Shown here: positions 21,754 to 31,625 of the stretch, one piece after another
How positions within the stretch are numbered: position 1 is the stretch's first letter
Layout: every line of letters starts with the position of its first letter
Source of the DNA: Oceanispirochaeta sp.
GTDB taxonomy: Bacteria > Spirochaetota > Spirochaetia > DSM-2461
Direction of reading: 5' to 3'
Assembly: GCA_963663385.2 (NCBI GenBank)
Contig: CAXXXD010000002.1
Coordinates: 480,001-544,000 of the forward strand
DNA length: 64,000 bases
Made by a program: the position numbers and the translations under genes
The notes under the pieces: model-generated
Seen by the model: only the letters and a program-made list of their open reading frames with translations
Told to the model about the DNA's origin: nothing
The model's database searches: none

Positions 21754-21939
21754 ATGGCTGAAAAAGAAACCCTGGTAGTATCCTCCAAGGTTAAAAACTA
21801 CATCAAGACAACTGGCGATCTGAAATGTTCTGCCAAAGTTATTGATGTTCTGTCAGACAAAATCCGTGAGATGTGTGACGCCGCAATCGAAAATGCAAAA
21901 AATGATAAAAGAAAAACAGTACAGGAAAAAGATTTCTAA
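21754..21939 (+). CDS. Bacterial histone-fold protein (61 aa)
   Basis: MAEKETLVVSSKVKNYIK...S..VIDVLS..I...C..AIENAKNDKRKTVQEKDF; RKTV---D histone-fold signature; SD AAGGAG; monocistronic. Confidence 0.88.
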   Translation: MAEKETLVVSSKVKNYIKTTGDLKCSAKVIDVLSDKIREMCDAAIENAKNDKRKTVQEKDF

Positions 21940-21969
21940 TCCAGATTATTAAATCTTTTTTTATTGTAC

Positions 21970-22011
21970 AAAAAACCGCTTTGCCGTACCGGGCAGAGCG
22001 GTTTTTTTTTT
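21970..22011 (+). terminator. Intrinsic terminator after the histone gene
   Basis: AAAAACCGCTTTGCC-loop-GGCAGAGCGGTTTTT hairpin with a long T run. Confidence 0.85.
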
Positions 22012-22153
22012 CCCGGCCGGGGTGAGCGGGGCCGATTAAAGAAAAGGACAGTTCGAGCGAAGCCGAGAACAGGTATGACCTTTCTTTTGTTGACTGGACA
22101 AATGGAAACACCCGCCGGATAATTATTTAAATAATATAAGAGGGGGCATAATA

Positions 22154-24291
22154 ATGAGTCAGAAAATCAGCGCATCCGTCAGAAGAAAGGATGCAATAGA
22201 TAAAGCCGCCGGAACGATGGAGTACCTGGCGGATCAATTCCCCGTTTCTCCTCTTCACGGGCGTTTTTTTTATTCAACTGTTGCCAGGGGAAAGATAAAA
22301 TCCGTGGATCTGCCGGATCTGCCCGAGGGATACCGTATTTTCGGTGCCGAAGATATACCCGGAAAAAACGGTATACAGATGATCCAGGATGACTGGCCTG
22401 TTTTTGCGGATAAAGAGGTTCGGTATATCGGACAGGTGATTTTTCTGATTGTGGGGCCGGATAAAGCCGAAATCCTGAAAATCCGGGATGCCATACATGT
22501 GGAATACGAAGAGGAGCCACCCTGTTATACCCTGGAGGATTCTGAAGCTCAGCTGGGCGGAACCCAGCATGGGGATGATAATGTTTTTACCCGCTATGAA
22601 ATAAATCACGGCGATGCTGAAAGTATGTTCGCCAAAGCGGACCGTATCCTTGAAAACGATTACTTTACGGGTTATCAGGAGCACGTCTACCTTGAACCTC
22701 AGAGCCTTTTTGCCCACTGGGAGGATGATACGCTTATAGTTCATGCCTCCGCTCAATGCCCTTTCTATATCAGGCACAGTATGACCGGTGCCCTGGGAAT
22801 GGAAGAAGATAAAATCCGGATTATTCAGACCCCTACAGGTGGTGCCTTCGGAGGAAAAGAGCATTTCCCCGATGTCCTGGCCTGTCCCCTTGGGGTCGCC
22901 GTTTATCACCTGAAACAGCCTGTTTCCCTGATCCTCGACAGGAAAGAGGACCTGGCGTATTCCATCAAACGTCATCCCAGTGCCGTCCATATCCGGACAG
23001 CACTGGATAAGGACGGAAAGATCCTTGCAATGGATATTGATCAGCGCCTGGATGGCGGAGCTTATGAAAGCTGTTCCATGGTTGTACTGCAGCGGGCTGT
23101 TTTTCACGCTGCAATGTTTACAATTTCCCCCATGTTCATGTACTGGGAAGGGCTTTCTGTACCAATAAAGTCCCCTCAGATGCGTTCCGGGGATTCGGGG
23201 CTCCTCAGGCTATTTTTGCCATGGAAAGCCATATGAACTTTCTGGCTTTCGAGCTGGGGATGGACCCCATGGACATCAGGGAGCCATACCTGCTGGCCCA
23301 GGGAGACAGTACTATCACAGACGGCCGGATTCATGAAACGGTTATCCTCCCCGAGCTGATTGAGCGTGTCAGGAAAATCTCCGGTTATCAGGAAAAAATG
23401 ACTGCCTATAAAACAATACCCTGGAAAGGGATAGGCTTGTCCCTGTTTATGCATGGATGCGGTTTTACCGGCAGCGGGGAGCAGGATATTATTAAGGCCC
23501 GTGTCAAGGTTTTGAAAACAGCGGACGACAGGATTGAGATTTCCGCCTCCAATGTTGAAATGGGGCAGGGACTGACCACTACCTTTTGTAAAATCGCTTC
23601 GGAAACTCTCGGGATTCCCCTTGATCAGGTTCAGTATATGATACCCGATACGGGAGCTGTCCCGGATTCGGGTCCCACAGTTGCTTCCCGTTCCATTACC
23701 ATTGTCGGATACCTTATTGAAAAGGCCTGTGAAAAACTGAAAAAACAGTGGATGCCGGGAAAAGAACAGACTGTCTTTCATGACTATGTCCCTCCTGAAA
23801 ATGCCGTTCCCTGGGATAATGACGCCCTTACCGGGGATGCTTATCCTGCCTACAGCTGGGGGGCAAATGTTGTTGAGCTTGAAGTGGATCCCATCACATT
23901 TGAAATTGAAACAAAGGGAATCTGGGGCGCTTACGATGTTGGGGTTCCTATTGATCGCCGGATTGTGGAAGGACAGATACAGGGTGGTATGATTCAGGCA
24001 CTCGGTTACAGTAATCTGGAAAAGCTGGAGGTTAAGAACGGCCGCTTCCGCCAGGCTACCCTGGCGGATTATATGATTCCCACCAGTAAGGATTTTCCTT
24101 CCATGAAGTGTGAGATTCTGGATAATCCCTACGACGGCGGTCCTTTCGGCGCCAAAGGGGTAGGGGAAATGGTATTTAACGGCGGCGCTCCCGCTTTTAC
24201 CGCAGCAGTCTGCCAGGCCGTGGATGCGGAAATTGATGAAATCCCGGTTCTTCCGGAAACACTGATGGAGTTGAAAGATGAAGGAAAATAA
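22154..24291 (+). pseudogene. Xanthine dehydrogenase family Mo-binding subunit split by a 1-nt frameshift near 23100-23110
   Basis: ORF 22154-23236 has QEHVYLEP, GGAFGGK; the other frame from 23110 reads CNVYNFPHV...AFRGFGAPQAIFAMESH and continues to GAKGVGE. Confidence 0.85.
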
Positions 24292-24757
24292 TATTGAGTT
24301 TCGATTGAATGGAAAAAATACGGAATACGATGGGTCTCCCCTGAAGCGTCTTCTGGATGTGCTGAGGGAGGATTATGAGCTGACAGGTCCTAAAGAGGGC
24401 TGCGGTGAAGGGGAATGCGGAGCCTGCAGTGTCATCATGGACGGTAAAATGGTCAACAGCTGTATGGTCCCCATGGGTAGTGTTATGGGGAGAGATATTG
24501 TAACCATCGAAGCATTCAGTCAAACAGACCGGGGAAAGTGCATTGTTGAGGCTTTTGCCGATGCAGGCGCCGTTCAGTGCGGTTTCTGTACGCCCGGTAT
24601 GGTCATCGCCAGTGAAATGATCCTTCAAAAGAATGCCGATCCCGGTGTGGCTGAGATCCGTGAGGGACTGTCGGGCAATCTCTGCCGCTGTACCGGTTAC
24701 GATCTGATAGTGGAAGCTGTCAAACTGGCAGCGGAAAGGGGGAAGGGGTTATGGTAA
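24278..24757 (+). CDS. (2Fe-2S)-binding subunit, XDH/CoxS family
   Basis: GCGEGECGAC, QCGFC, NLCRCTGY. Confidence 0.95.
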   Translation: MKENNIEFRLNGKNTEYDGSPLKRLLDVLREDYELTGPKEGCGEGECGACSVIMDGKMVNSCMVPMGSVMGRDIVTIEAFSQTDRGKCIVEAFADAGAVQCGFCTPGMVIASEMILQKNADPGVAEIREGLSGNLCRCTGYDLIVEAVKLAAERGKGLW

Positions 24758-25623
24758 GCTATTTTTATCCTGATGATCTGAAGGAAGCCCTTGAAATCCG
24801 GAAGGAGAATTCTGTTCTTCCCCTGGCGGGCGGAACGGATCTTATGGTCCGGTATGAAAACTGGAGCAGCCTGCCTCCCGACTTTCCCGGGGATGTCCTT
24901 GGAATTTCACACCTGAAGGAGTTGAAGTATATCCGCGAAGATCAGGATTTTCTGCTTATCGGCGCCGGGATGACTCTGAACGATATCCTTGAGTATAAGG
25001 GGATCCCCGATCTGCTCAGGAAAGGAATCGGAGAAATCGCCGCCCCTGCCGTTCGGAACCTGGCCACCCTTGCGGGTAATATCGCCAACTCATCTCCTGC
25101 CGCGGACTCTCTGCCTCCCCTTATTGTAATGGATGCAGTTCTCAACCTTGTCTCTGTCAAAGGAGAAAGAACAGTCCCGGTCAGGGATTTTATTACGGGG
25201 CCCGGCAAGAACAGCCTGCGGGATGATGAGCTGATCGAGTCCATCCGTATTCCCCTGGATTTTATTAAAGAAGAAAGCAGCGGGAAGGGATTTTACCGCA
25301 AAGTGGGAACCCGGAAAGCCAATGCGCTTTCCAAACTCTCCTACTGCGGCTGGGCTTCAATCGAAGGTTATATGATAAAGGATATCAGGATGGCCGCCGG
25401 AGCTGTCAGTCCCGTCGTTGTCCGCCTGCCAGAGGAAGAGGATAAATTGAAAGGGTGTAAACTGAGGGAGCTGTCCCGGGAGTGGAGCAAAGTCAGAGGC
25501 GCCTATGAACAGAAGATCACTCCGATCGATGATCAGAGATCTACCGCTTCCTACAGGAAGCGTACAGCCCTTAAGCTCTTCGATTATATGATCTCGGAAC
25601 TATCCGCCTTATCCGTGTCGTAG
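24751..25623 (+). CDS. FAD-binding subunit, XDH/CoxM family
   Basis: AGGTDL, VRNLATLAGN..N.SPAAD. Confidence 0.93.
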   Translation: MVSYFYPDDLKEALEIRKENSVLPLAGGTDLMVRYENWSSLPPDFPGDVLGISHLKELKYIREDQDFLLIGAGMTLNDILEYKGIPDLLRKGIGEIAAPAVRNLATLAGNIANSSPAADSLPPLIVMDAVLNLVSVKGERTVPVRDFITGPGKNSLRDDELIESIRIPLDFIKEESSGKGFYRKVGTRKANALSKLSYCGWASIEGYMIKDIRMAAGAVSPVVVRLPEEEDKLKGCKLRELSREWSKVRGAYEQKITPIDDQRSTASYRKRTALKLFDYMISELSALSVS

Positions 25624-25853
25624 GACAGTGCCCGGGCCAGCTGGTCCGGGCAGGAGGTATCCTTTCCCAGACACTGGATACCTCTTAACTGTTCAATTAT
25701 CTCTTTTCTGTTTTTACCGGTAACCAGGGCTTTTATGCCGGTCAGGTTTCCCTGGCAGCCATAGTAAAAATTCACGTCTTTTATTATATCCCCCTCAAGG
25801 GTTATGGAAATCCTGCTGCAGCAGGTTCCGTCTGTTTTATAGTCAATCTGCAT
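25584..25853 (-). CDS. TIGR03905-like TSCPD-domain protein
   Basis: GTCC..I, GCQGNL, GIQC...TSCPDQLA. Confidence 0.85.
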   Translation of the reverse strand: MQIDYKTDGTCCSRISITLEGDIIKDVNFYYGCQGNLTGIKALVTGKNRKEIIEQLRGIQCLGKDTSCPDQLARALSYDTDKADSSEII

Positions 25854-26014
25854 TAATCACAATCCTGAAAAAATCGGCGGCACGCCTTAAACTCCGTGTA
25901 TCTTAAATTGTCCACCCGTACAGGTCAATCCTCAGGATTGTGTATCCGATAAAATAACAGAACTTGTTATTCCTATGGCAAAATATCAATGCCCATCAAT
26001 CTGTCAGTACCGGA

Positions 26015-26902
26015 TCAGCCTGTGACGGAATTCATGCGGTCGAAGACCTTGTAAAGCCCCTGTGTTCCAAGATTTTCCAGGCCCTGAGCCATAGCCGCTT
26101 TATAGAACTGATTGACCAGAGCCAGCCCCGGCAGGCTCAGATTCATACGGTCTGCCTCTTTCAGGGCAATCCCCATATCCTTGACAAAGTGCTGAATCAT
26201 AAAACCCGGATCGAAATTATCCGCGGCAATCCGGCGCCCCAGGTTGTTGATCGACCAGGAAGAGGCCGCTCCGCTGCCGATCACATCGATTATTTCATTC
26301 ATGTCCAGCCCTGCTCTATGCCCGTAGAGGAGGGATTCCACTACACCAATCATGGTACCCGCAATAAGGGTCTGGTTGCACATTTTCGTATGCTGACCTG
26401 CACCGGCTGCACCCATGTATTTAATATTTTCTCCAAAGGCTTCCAGAAGAGGGAGAACTCTGTCATAGGATGCTTTGTCGCCGCCGCACATAACGGCCAG
26501 TGTTCCGTTTCTGGCTCCTATGTCTCCGCCGGAAACAGGGGCATCAATGCTTCCTATTCCTCTGGCTGCCGCTTCCTCTGCAATCCTGACGGCCAGGGAC
26601 GGCTCGCTTGTGGTCATATCGACCAGAACGGATCCGGAGGCAGCTGTCTTCAGAACGCCGGATTCTCCCAGGATGACGCTTTCCACATCCGAAGGATAGC
26701 CGACAATGGTAAAAATCACGTCGCAGCCCTCTGCTGCCTGGGCAGGCGTATCACACCAGACCGCCCCTTTGGCTACAAGTTCGTCCGCTTTGGATCTGGT
26801 CCTGTTGTAGACTCTGACGCTGTACCCCTTATCCATAAGATGACTGCACATGGATTTTCCCATGACTCCGGTTCCTATCCAGGCTGCTTTTTTATCCGAC
26901 AT
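26015..26902 (-). CDS. Beta-hydroxyacid dehydrogenase (3-hydroxyisobutyrate/tartronate semialdehyde reductase family)
   Basis: WIGTGVMG, DAPVSGGDIGA, catalytic K in GQHTKMCNQ, FVKDM. Confidence 0.92.
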   Translation of the reverse strand: MSDKKAAWIGTGVMGKSMCSHLMDKGYSVRVYNRTRSKADELVAKGAVWCDTPAQAAEGCDVIFTIVGYPSDVESVILGESGVLKTAASGSVLVDMTTSEPSLAVRIAEEAAARGIGSIDAPVSGGDIGARNGTLAVMCGGDKASYDRVLPLLEAFGENIKYMGAAGAGQHTKMCNQTLIAGTMIGVVESLLYGHRAGLDMNEIIDVIGSGAASSWSINNLGRRIAADNFDPGFMIQHFVKDMGIALKEADRMNLSLPGLALVNQFYKAAMAQGLENLGTQGLYKVFDRMNSVTG

Positions 26903-27019
26903 GATTTGCTCCTTATCTCTCTATTCGCATAATCTGCTGATTTATTGTATTATATATGTCTTAAGTATAAAGATTTTTACTTAATTGTATACCATTTATA
27001 TATGAGATAAGAGGAATTG

Positions 27020-27229
27020 ATGGAAGATAAAATTATTCAGATGGATACAAGAATCCTGTATCTGGAAGATATGGTCCAGCAGATGAATGTCATTATGATG
27101 GAGCAGGACAGGGCTATCACCAGGCTGAATACCATAGTCAAAACGTTGAATGACAAGATTAAGGAACTGGATGAGAAAAAGGGCGAAAGAGGCATTTCCG
27201 CAGAGATTGAACGCCCGCCTCATTATTAA
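27020..27229 (+). CDS. slyX: SlyX family protein
   Basis: Short coiled coil ending in ERPPHY. Confidence 0.85.
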   Translation: MEDKIIQMDTRILYLEDMVQQMNVIMMEQDRAITRLNTIVKTLNDKIKELDEKKGERGISAEIERPPHY

Positions 27230-27340
27230 TTTTCTGAATTATCGGATGTATAGCCTTACCGGCTATTCATGTCCCGGAATTATTCCTATAATGGTATCGT
27301 CCGGAGACGCGCTTCGGTTACACCCATTTATCCAAACAAA

Positions 27341-27384
27341 TTGACAAATCTGATCTCTTGTTTTATTCTAGTGTTTTAGAACAC
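27341..27384 (+). promoter_or_regulatory. Sigma70 promoter plus operator for the GntR gene
   Basis: TTGACA-17-TATTCT, then GTGTTTTAGAACAC (27371-27384). Confidence 0.75.
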
Positions 27385-27397
27385 TTATAGGCGGCTT

Positions 27398-28468
27398 ATG
27401 GAATTAAAGGTAGATAGAACAATCAGTATCCCTCCCTATCAGCAAATTGTCAGACAGATCCGGGAACGGATTGTCAGCGGTGAGCTGGAAGAGCATGCGT
27501 CTCTTCCTTCGGCCAGGGAGGTTGTTCAAAAAACAGGCGTGTCTCTGGCTACGGCTCAACGGGTACTAAACGAGCTGAAAAACGAAGGACTCATATACAG
27601 TCTGCCCGGCAAGGGGAGTTTTGCTTCTCCCAAAAAGGACAGCCTTCCTTCGGTGATACATATCTTTCTTCCTTCATCAAGACTCTCTTTCTTTATGGAA
27701 ATACTGAACGGGATCTATGACGTTTTAAGCGATAAAAGCATCGAGCTTAAGATGCACAGCCTAAACACGGATAAACTGGTCTGGAACTGGAAAACGATTG
27801 AGGATCTGGAAGAGGCCGTAAGGAATCAGGAGGCGGTCATCTTTATCGAAGAAGCTTTTGATTCTGTGCGGACAACCTGTTTACGGGCAGCCAGGCAGAT
27901 CCCTTTTGTAGCCGTGGAGTGGATGCTCGACGGAGCCTGTTCCGTTATCAATGATTATGAAGAGTCTACCCGCAATCTGATGTCTTATCTTAAAAAGGAG
28001 AAACACTGTGAATCCTTTCTGATTCTGAAAGGCCGGGATTACCAGTACAACGCCTCCATGAAGATGGCCGGGGTTCAGGACTTTGCCCGCAGTTCCGGTC
28101 TGGTGGAAGGAAAGAACCTTTTCTATATGGATACGGACTTTGATGCCTTTTCCGGCTATGAATCGGTAAATGCTTTTCTGAAGGATAACGATGTTCCCGA
28201 TGCAATCTGTTGTGCCAACGATTATGAAGCCATAGGAGTGGTCGGTGCTTTGACGGAGAACGGCTATCTCCCAGGAAAGGACGTACAGCTGGTCGGTTAT
28301 GGGGATATGACGGATAAAACAACCATCTATTTCCCCCTGACAACTGTAAAACAGAACCTGGAGATGATGGGCCGCAGGGCCGTGGAACTCCTTCTGGAAA
28401 AAGCTGCGGGAAACGCTGTGCCTTCTGTTGAAATTGTACAGACTGATCTGATTGTCCGGAAAACCTGA
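27398..28468 (+). CDS. GntR-HTH / LacI-type sugar-binding transcriptional regulator
   Basis: PPYQQI..LPSAREV..VS..T..R..GKGSF N-terminus; ANDYEAIG, VGYGD, LTTVKQ C-terminus. Confidence 0.92.
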   Translation: MELKVDRTISIPPYQQIVRQIRERIVSGELEEHASLPSAREVVQKTGVSLATAQRVLNELKNEGLIYSLPGKGSFASPKKDSLPSVIHIFLPSSRLSFFMEILNGIYDVLSDKSIELKMHSLNTDKLVWNWKTIEDLEEAVRNQEAVIFIEEAFDSVRTTCLRAARQIPFVAVEWMLDGACSVINDYEESTRNLMSYLKKEKHCESFLILKGRDYQYNASMKMAGVQDFARSSGLVEGKNLFYMDTDFDAFSGYESVNAFLKDNDVPDAICCANDYEAIGVVGALTENGYLPGKDVQLVGYGDMTDKTTIYFPLTTVKQNLEMMGRRAVELLLEKAAGNAVPSVEIVQTDLIVRKT

Positions 28469-28576
28469 CCGACCCGCCTCTTTCCATCTCTTCCTCTTTT
28501 CTCATTCTTAAATTCACAGGTTAGCTCCAATTCTATTTTTTCGTTAATGACTTATCCATTGCCTCTGATTTCTCAA

Positions 28577-28620
28577 TTGACAAATATTGCTCTTCGTTAT
28601 ATTCTAGTGTTCTAGAACAC
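28577..28620 (+). promoter_or_regulatory. Sigma70 promoter plus perfect palindromic operator for the kinase operon
   Basis: TTGACA-17-TATTCT, then GTGTTCTAGAACAC (28607-28620). Confidence 0.8.
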
Positions 28621-28663
28621 ATAAAAAATGGCACACTAAAACAGATTCGGAGGATAGAGGACA

Positions 28664-30166
28664 ATGGCTAGATATATACTGAGCGTGGATTTGGGAACGA
28701 CCAGTACGAAAACCGTTCTTTTTGATGAGAAACTGAAGGTGAAAGCTTCTGCAAAGGCAGAGTATCCTACTATATTCCCCCGCCAGGGATGGGCTGAGCA
28801 GGATGCGGAGCACTGGTGGGACGCCCTGATCTCTACTACAGCGGAAATCCTGAAGGAGAGCGCCGTTGATCCTTCGGAAATTGTCGGGGTAGGGGTGGAT
28901 TCCATGTCCAGTATGGCTCTGCCTGTGGATAAAGGGGGCAAACCCCTCAGAAACGGTCTTCTCTGGCTTGACCGGAGAGCCGAACAGGAATCCGCCTGGA
29001 TACGGGAAAACTACCGGGATTTACAGATTCGTATAAACAGTAATGATTCGGATCCTTCCAATTTTGCGCCCAAAATTCTCTGGATAAAAAATAACGAACC
29101 CGAAATCTATGAAAAAACGGATAAGTTCCTTCACTGCAACGGGTACCTGAACTACCGTCTGACCGGAAAAATGACAATGGATATTTCCGAATCGGGTATG
29201 TCCCAGCTCTGCGATATCCGGACGGGACAGTGGTCGGACGAGCTGATCCGGGCCAGCGGCATCAACCGGTCAAAACTGCCTGAAATATCTCTCTGTACAG
29301 ATATCATCGGAACGGTTACTGCCGAAGCAGCGGCTCAGACAGGCCTGAAAGAGGGAACTCCCGTTATTGCCGGAGCTATGGATAATGTCTCCGCCACTCT
29401 GGGACTGGGGCTGCGTAAAGACGGGCAGGCCTATATCTCCGCGGGAACAGCAACCAATGCGGGAGTCTGTGCTTCTTCCGTTCCCGCCGATCCCGGTATG
29501 CTCAACTATCATCACGGTGTCCCCGGACTCTACCTGGTAAACGGGGGAGTGGATTACGGGGGGGCAGGGCTTCGCTGGTTTAAAGCGCTAATCGAAGAGG
29601 AGCGTTTTGAAGTGATTGACCGTCTGGCCGGGGAATCGGGTTATCTGGATGATGTGCTTCTTTATCTGCCCTATATGATCGGACAGCGGGCTCCCCTCTG
29701 GGATCCCCATTCCAGAGCCGTCGCTTTCGGTATGAATCCGGATACCGACCGGAAAGCTATGATTCGAATGGTTATGGAAGGGATCGCTCTTGGTGTTAGG
29801 AACGTTTTCCAGATGATGGAAAACGACGGATATGCCGTTGAAGATATTGTAATGACCGGGGGGTGTGCCAACAGTCCCGTATGGACACAGATTTTTGCGG
29901 ACATCCTGGGCAAGCCTGTCATCCTTCCGGGAGAGATGGATGTAGCCCCTCTGGGAACAGCCATTATGACTGCTGTCGGCGTGGGGCTATACCCCGACTT
30001 TGATGCCGCCCTGGACGTTCTGACCGTACGGGCTTCCCATGATCCGGATAGAGAGAAGGGAGGGTATTACGATGCTCTTTTTAAGGCATTTGTCAATTTA
30101 TATAAGGCTGTCGGCCCGGTCTACAGGGAACTGGATGATATCAGGACAGAATTCCAGGGGAAGTAA
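28664..30166 (+). CDS. FGGY family carbohydrate kinase (xylulokinase-like)
   Basis: VDLGTTSTK, GWAEQD, WLDRR, LPYMIGQRAP, TGGCANS. Confidence 0.92.
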   Translation: MARYILSVDLGTTSTKTVLFDEKLKVKASAKAEYPTIFPRQGWAEQDAEHWWDALISTTAEILKESAVDPSEIVGVGVDSMSSMALPVDKGGKPLRNGLLWLDRRAEQESAWIRENYRDLQIRINSNDSDPSNFAPKILWIKNNEPEIYEKTDKFLHCNGYLNYRLTGKMTMDISESGMSQLCDIRTGQWSDELIRASGINRSKLPEISLCTDIIGTVTAEAAAQTGLKEGTPVIAGAMDNVSATLGLGLRKDGQAYISAGTATNAGVCASSVPADPGMLNYHHGVPGLYLVNGGVDYGGAGLRWFKALIEEERFEVIDRLAGESGYLDDVLLYLPYMIGQRAPLWDPHSRAVAFGMNPDTDRKAMIRMVMEGIALGVRNVFQMMENDGYAVEDIVMTGGCANSPVWTQIFADILGKPVILPGEMDVAPLGTAIMTAVGVGLYPDFDAALDVLTVRASHDPDREKGGYYDALFKAFVNLYKAVGPVYRELDDIRTEFQGK

Positions 30167-30180
30167 GTACCGGAAATCAA

Positions 30181-30193
30181 GTACTAAAGTAAC
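30181..30193. promoter_or_regulatory. GTACTAAAGTA(A)C motif, also at 36152-36163 and inverted at 36217-36229
   Basis: Repeated intergenic motif seen directly. Confidence 0.5.
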
Positions 30194-30269
30194 TTACGGT
30201 TTTTTGAATTCTTATTGAGAATTACAGATACAGGAGGAATGATAAAAAGTCTTCATAGGCTTGTGGATT

Positions 30270-30430
30270 GATACAATGTTCTAAACATCGTTTAGAACAG
30301 CCAGGTTACTGTTCGCCATTTTTACTGGTCTCCGAGACCGTACAGGAGAATGAAGAGCCGTGACCGAAACATTCAATGGTCTTCGAGACCGGATAGGAGA
30401 ATGGAATCAATTCACCGTACAGGCGCTGTT
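30270..30430 (+). ncRNA. Predicted bridge/seek RNA of the IS element (ends approximate)
   Basis: 5' hairpin TGTTCTAAAC-atc-GTTTAGAACA; two loops built on GGTCTyCGAGACC hairpins whose flanks match the target and donor junctions. Confidence 0.8.
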
Positions 30431-30451
30431 TTAGGCAATAGGAGCGAAGGT

Positions 30452-31564
30452 ATGAAGATGAGTATCGGAGTGGATCTGCACAAATCCCAGTTAACAGTCT
30501 GTTTCCTGAGTGATGATAGAAGCATTTGTGAATCAGGAATGTATCCGACCTCTGAGGACGGTTACAGAGCATTTCTTGAGAAAGCAGTGTCCTATACAGA
30601 AGAGGGCCTTGATGTTAGGGCTGCAGTGGAATCAACAGGAAATGCCCGGTTCTTCCGTAACAAGCTATTGCTAGCAGGGATTGAGGTGGTGGTTGTGAAT
30701 ACACTGAAATTCAAAGTTGTAAATGAATCAGTGAAAAAGACGGATAAGCATGATGCCAGAACTCTAGCAGAGTTCTTGGAAAAAGATATGCTTCCCGAAT
30801 CACAGCTTTGTTCTCAGGAGAGTGAGGATATCCGTAGAGTTCTTAAATCCAGAACTATCCTTGTTAAATCAGTCGTATCTTTGAAGAATCAGGTTCACGG
30901 ACTGCTTCTAGGGTATGGAATTGAAACAAAAAGAGCTGCGCTGCAGAGTAAAAAAGAAAGGCAGCGCATCCTCATCGGTCTCGTGGACCATAGGAGTTTC
31001 GGAAGCGCTGCCAAAGCGATAGAACCGCTGCTTTCTACGATAGATCAGGTTTCGAACCAGGTCAAGCAGTTAGAGATAGTCCTGCTGGAACTTGTAAAGG
31101 AAGATGAGGATGTACAGTTATTGCAGACGATCCCGGGAGTCGGATTGATAACGGCATCGACTATTAGGGCCTATACGGATGATATCAAGCGGTACGCCAG
31201 TGCCAAGAAGTATTCGGCTTATGCCGGTCTTGTACCATGGGTGCAGAACTCCAATGAGACGATTCATCATGGGCATATAACAAAGAGAGGGGCTGTAGAA
31301 CTGAGAACGGCATTTGTTCAGTGTGTTATGGGAATGGTTAGAACTCGGAAAACGACTGGCAATTACCGTATCATGACGAAGTACAGAGCGATGAAGAAGA
31401 ACAAGGGCAGCGGCACGAGTATTATCGCCTCTGCAAGAAAGATGAGTACGGTAGTGTACTCCATATTGAAAACCCGTGAACCCTTTGATCCGTTGAAGAT
31501 GGTTCCGGATGATAAGTACTTGAAGATGCAGGCGGCTGCATTCAATGCCGTAAAAACTGGGTAA
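30452..31564 (+). CDS. IS110 family DEDD transposase/recombinase
   Basis: IGVDLHK, AVESTG, KTDKHDA, TIPGVG, YAGLVP...S motifs; start set at ATG 30452 after SD AGGAG. Confidence 0.95.
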   Translation: MKMSIGVDLHKSQLTVCFLSDDRSICESGMYPTSEDGYRAFLEKAVSYTEEGLDVRAAVESTGNARFFRNKLLLAGIEVVVVNTLKFKVVNESVKKTDKHDARTLAEFLEKDMLPESQLCSQESEDIRRVLKSRTILVKSVVSLKNQVHGLLLGYGIETKRAALQSKKERQRILIGLVDHRSFGSAAKAIEPLLSTIDQVSNQVKQLEIVLLELVKEDEDVQLLQTIPGVGLITASTIRAYTDDIKRYASAKKYSAYAGLVPWVQNSNETIHHGHITKRGAVELRTAFVQCVMGMVRTRKTTGNYRIMTKYRAMKKNKGSGTSIIASARKMSTVVYSILKTREPFDPLKMVPDDKYLKMQAAAFNAVKTG

Positions 31565-31625
31565 TCCGGTTCAATTGTAAGCTTGTTAATAGGCTTATGA
31601 TTGACTTTTTATAGGAGTAAAAAAT

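Larger units (their letters stand above)
30235..31615 (+). mobile_element. IS110-family insertion sequence, IS1111-type ends
   Basis: Sub-terminal IRs ATAAAAAGTC (30242-30251) / GACTTTTTAT (31603-31612), 7 nt and 3 nt from the inferred ends; AG core at 30235-30236 and 31616-31617; DEDD recombinase inside. Confidence 0.9.

Noticed and set aside
30277..30299. IS hairpin TGTTCTAAAC/GTTTAGAACA resembling the GntR operator
   Set aside because: Different spacing and located inside the IS; better explained as the RNA 5' stem
30350..30451. ORF-track N-terminal extension of the transposase
   Set aside because: Overlaps the predicted bridge RNA; the RuvC-like domain begins at MKMSIGVDLH after an SD at ~30440
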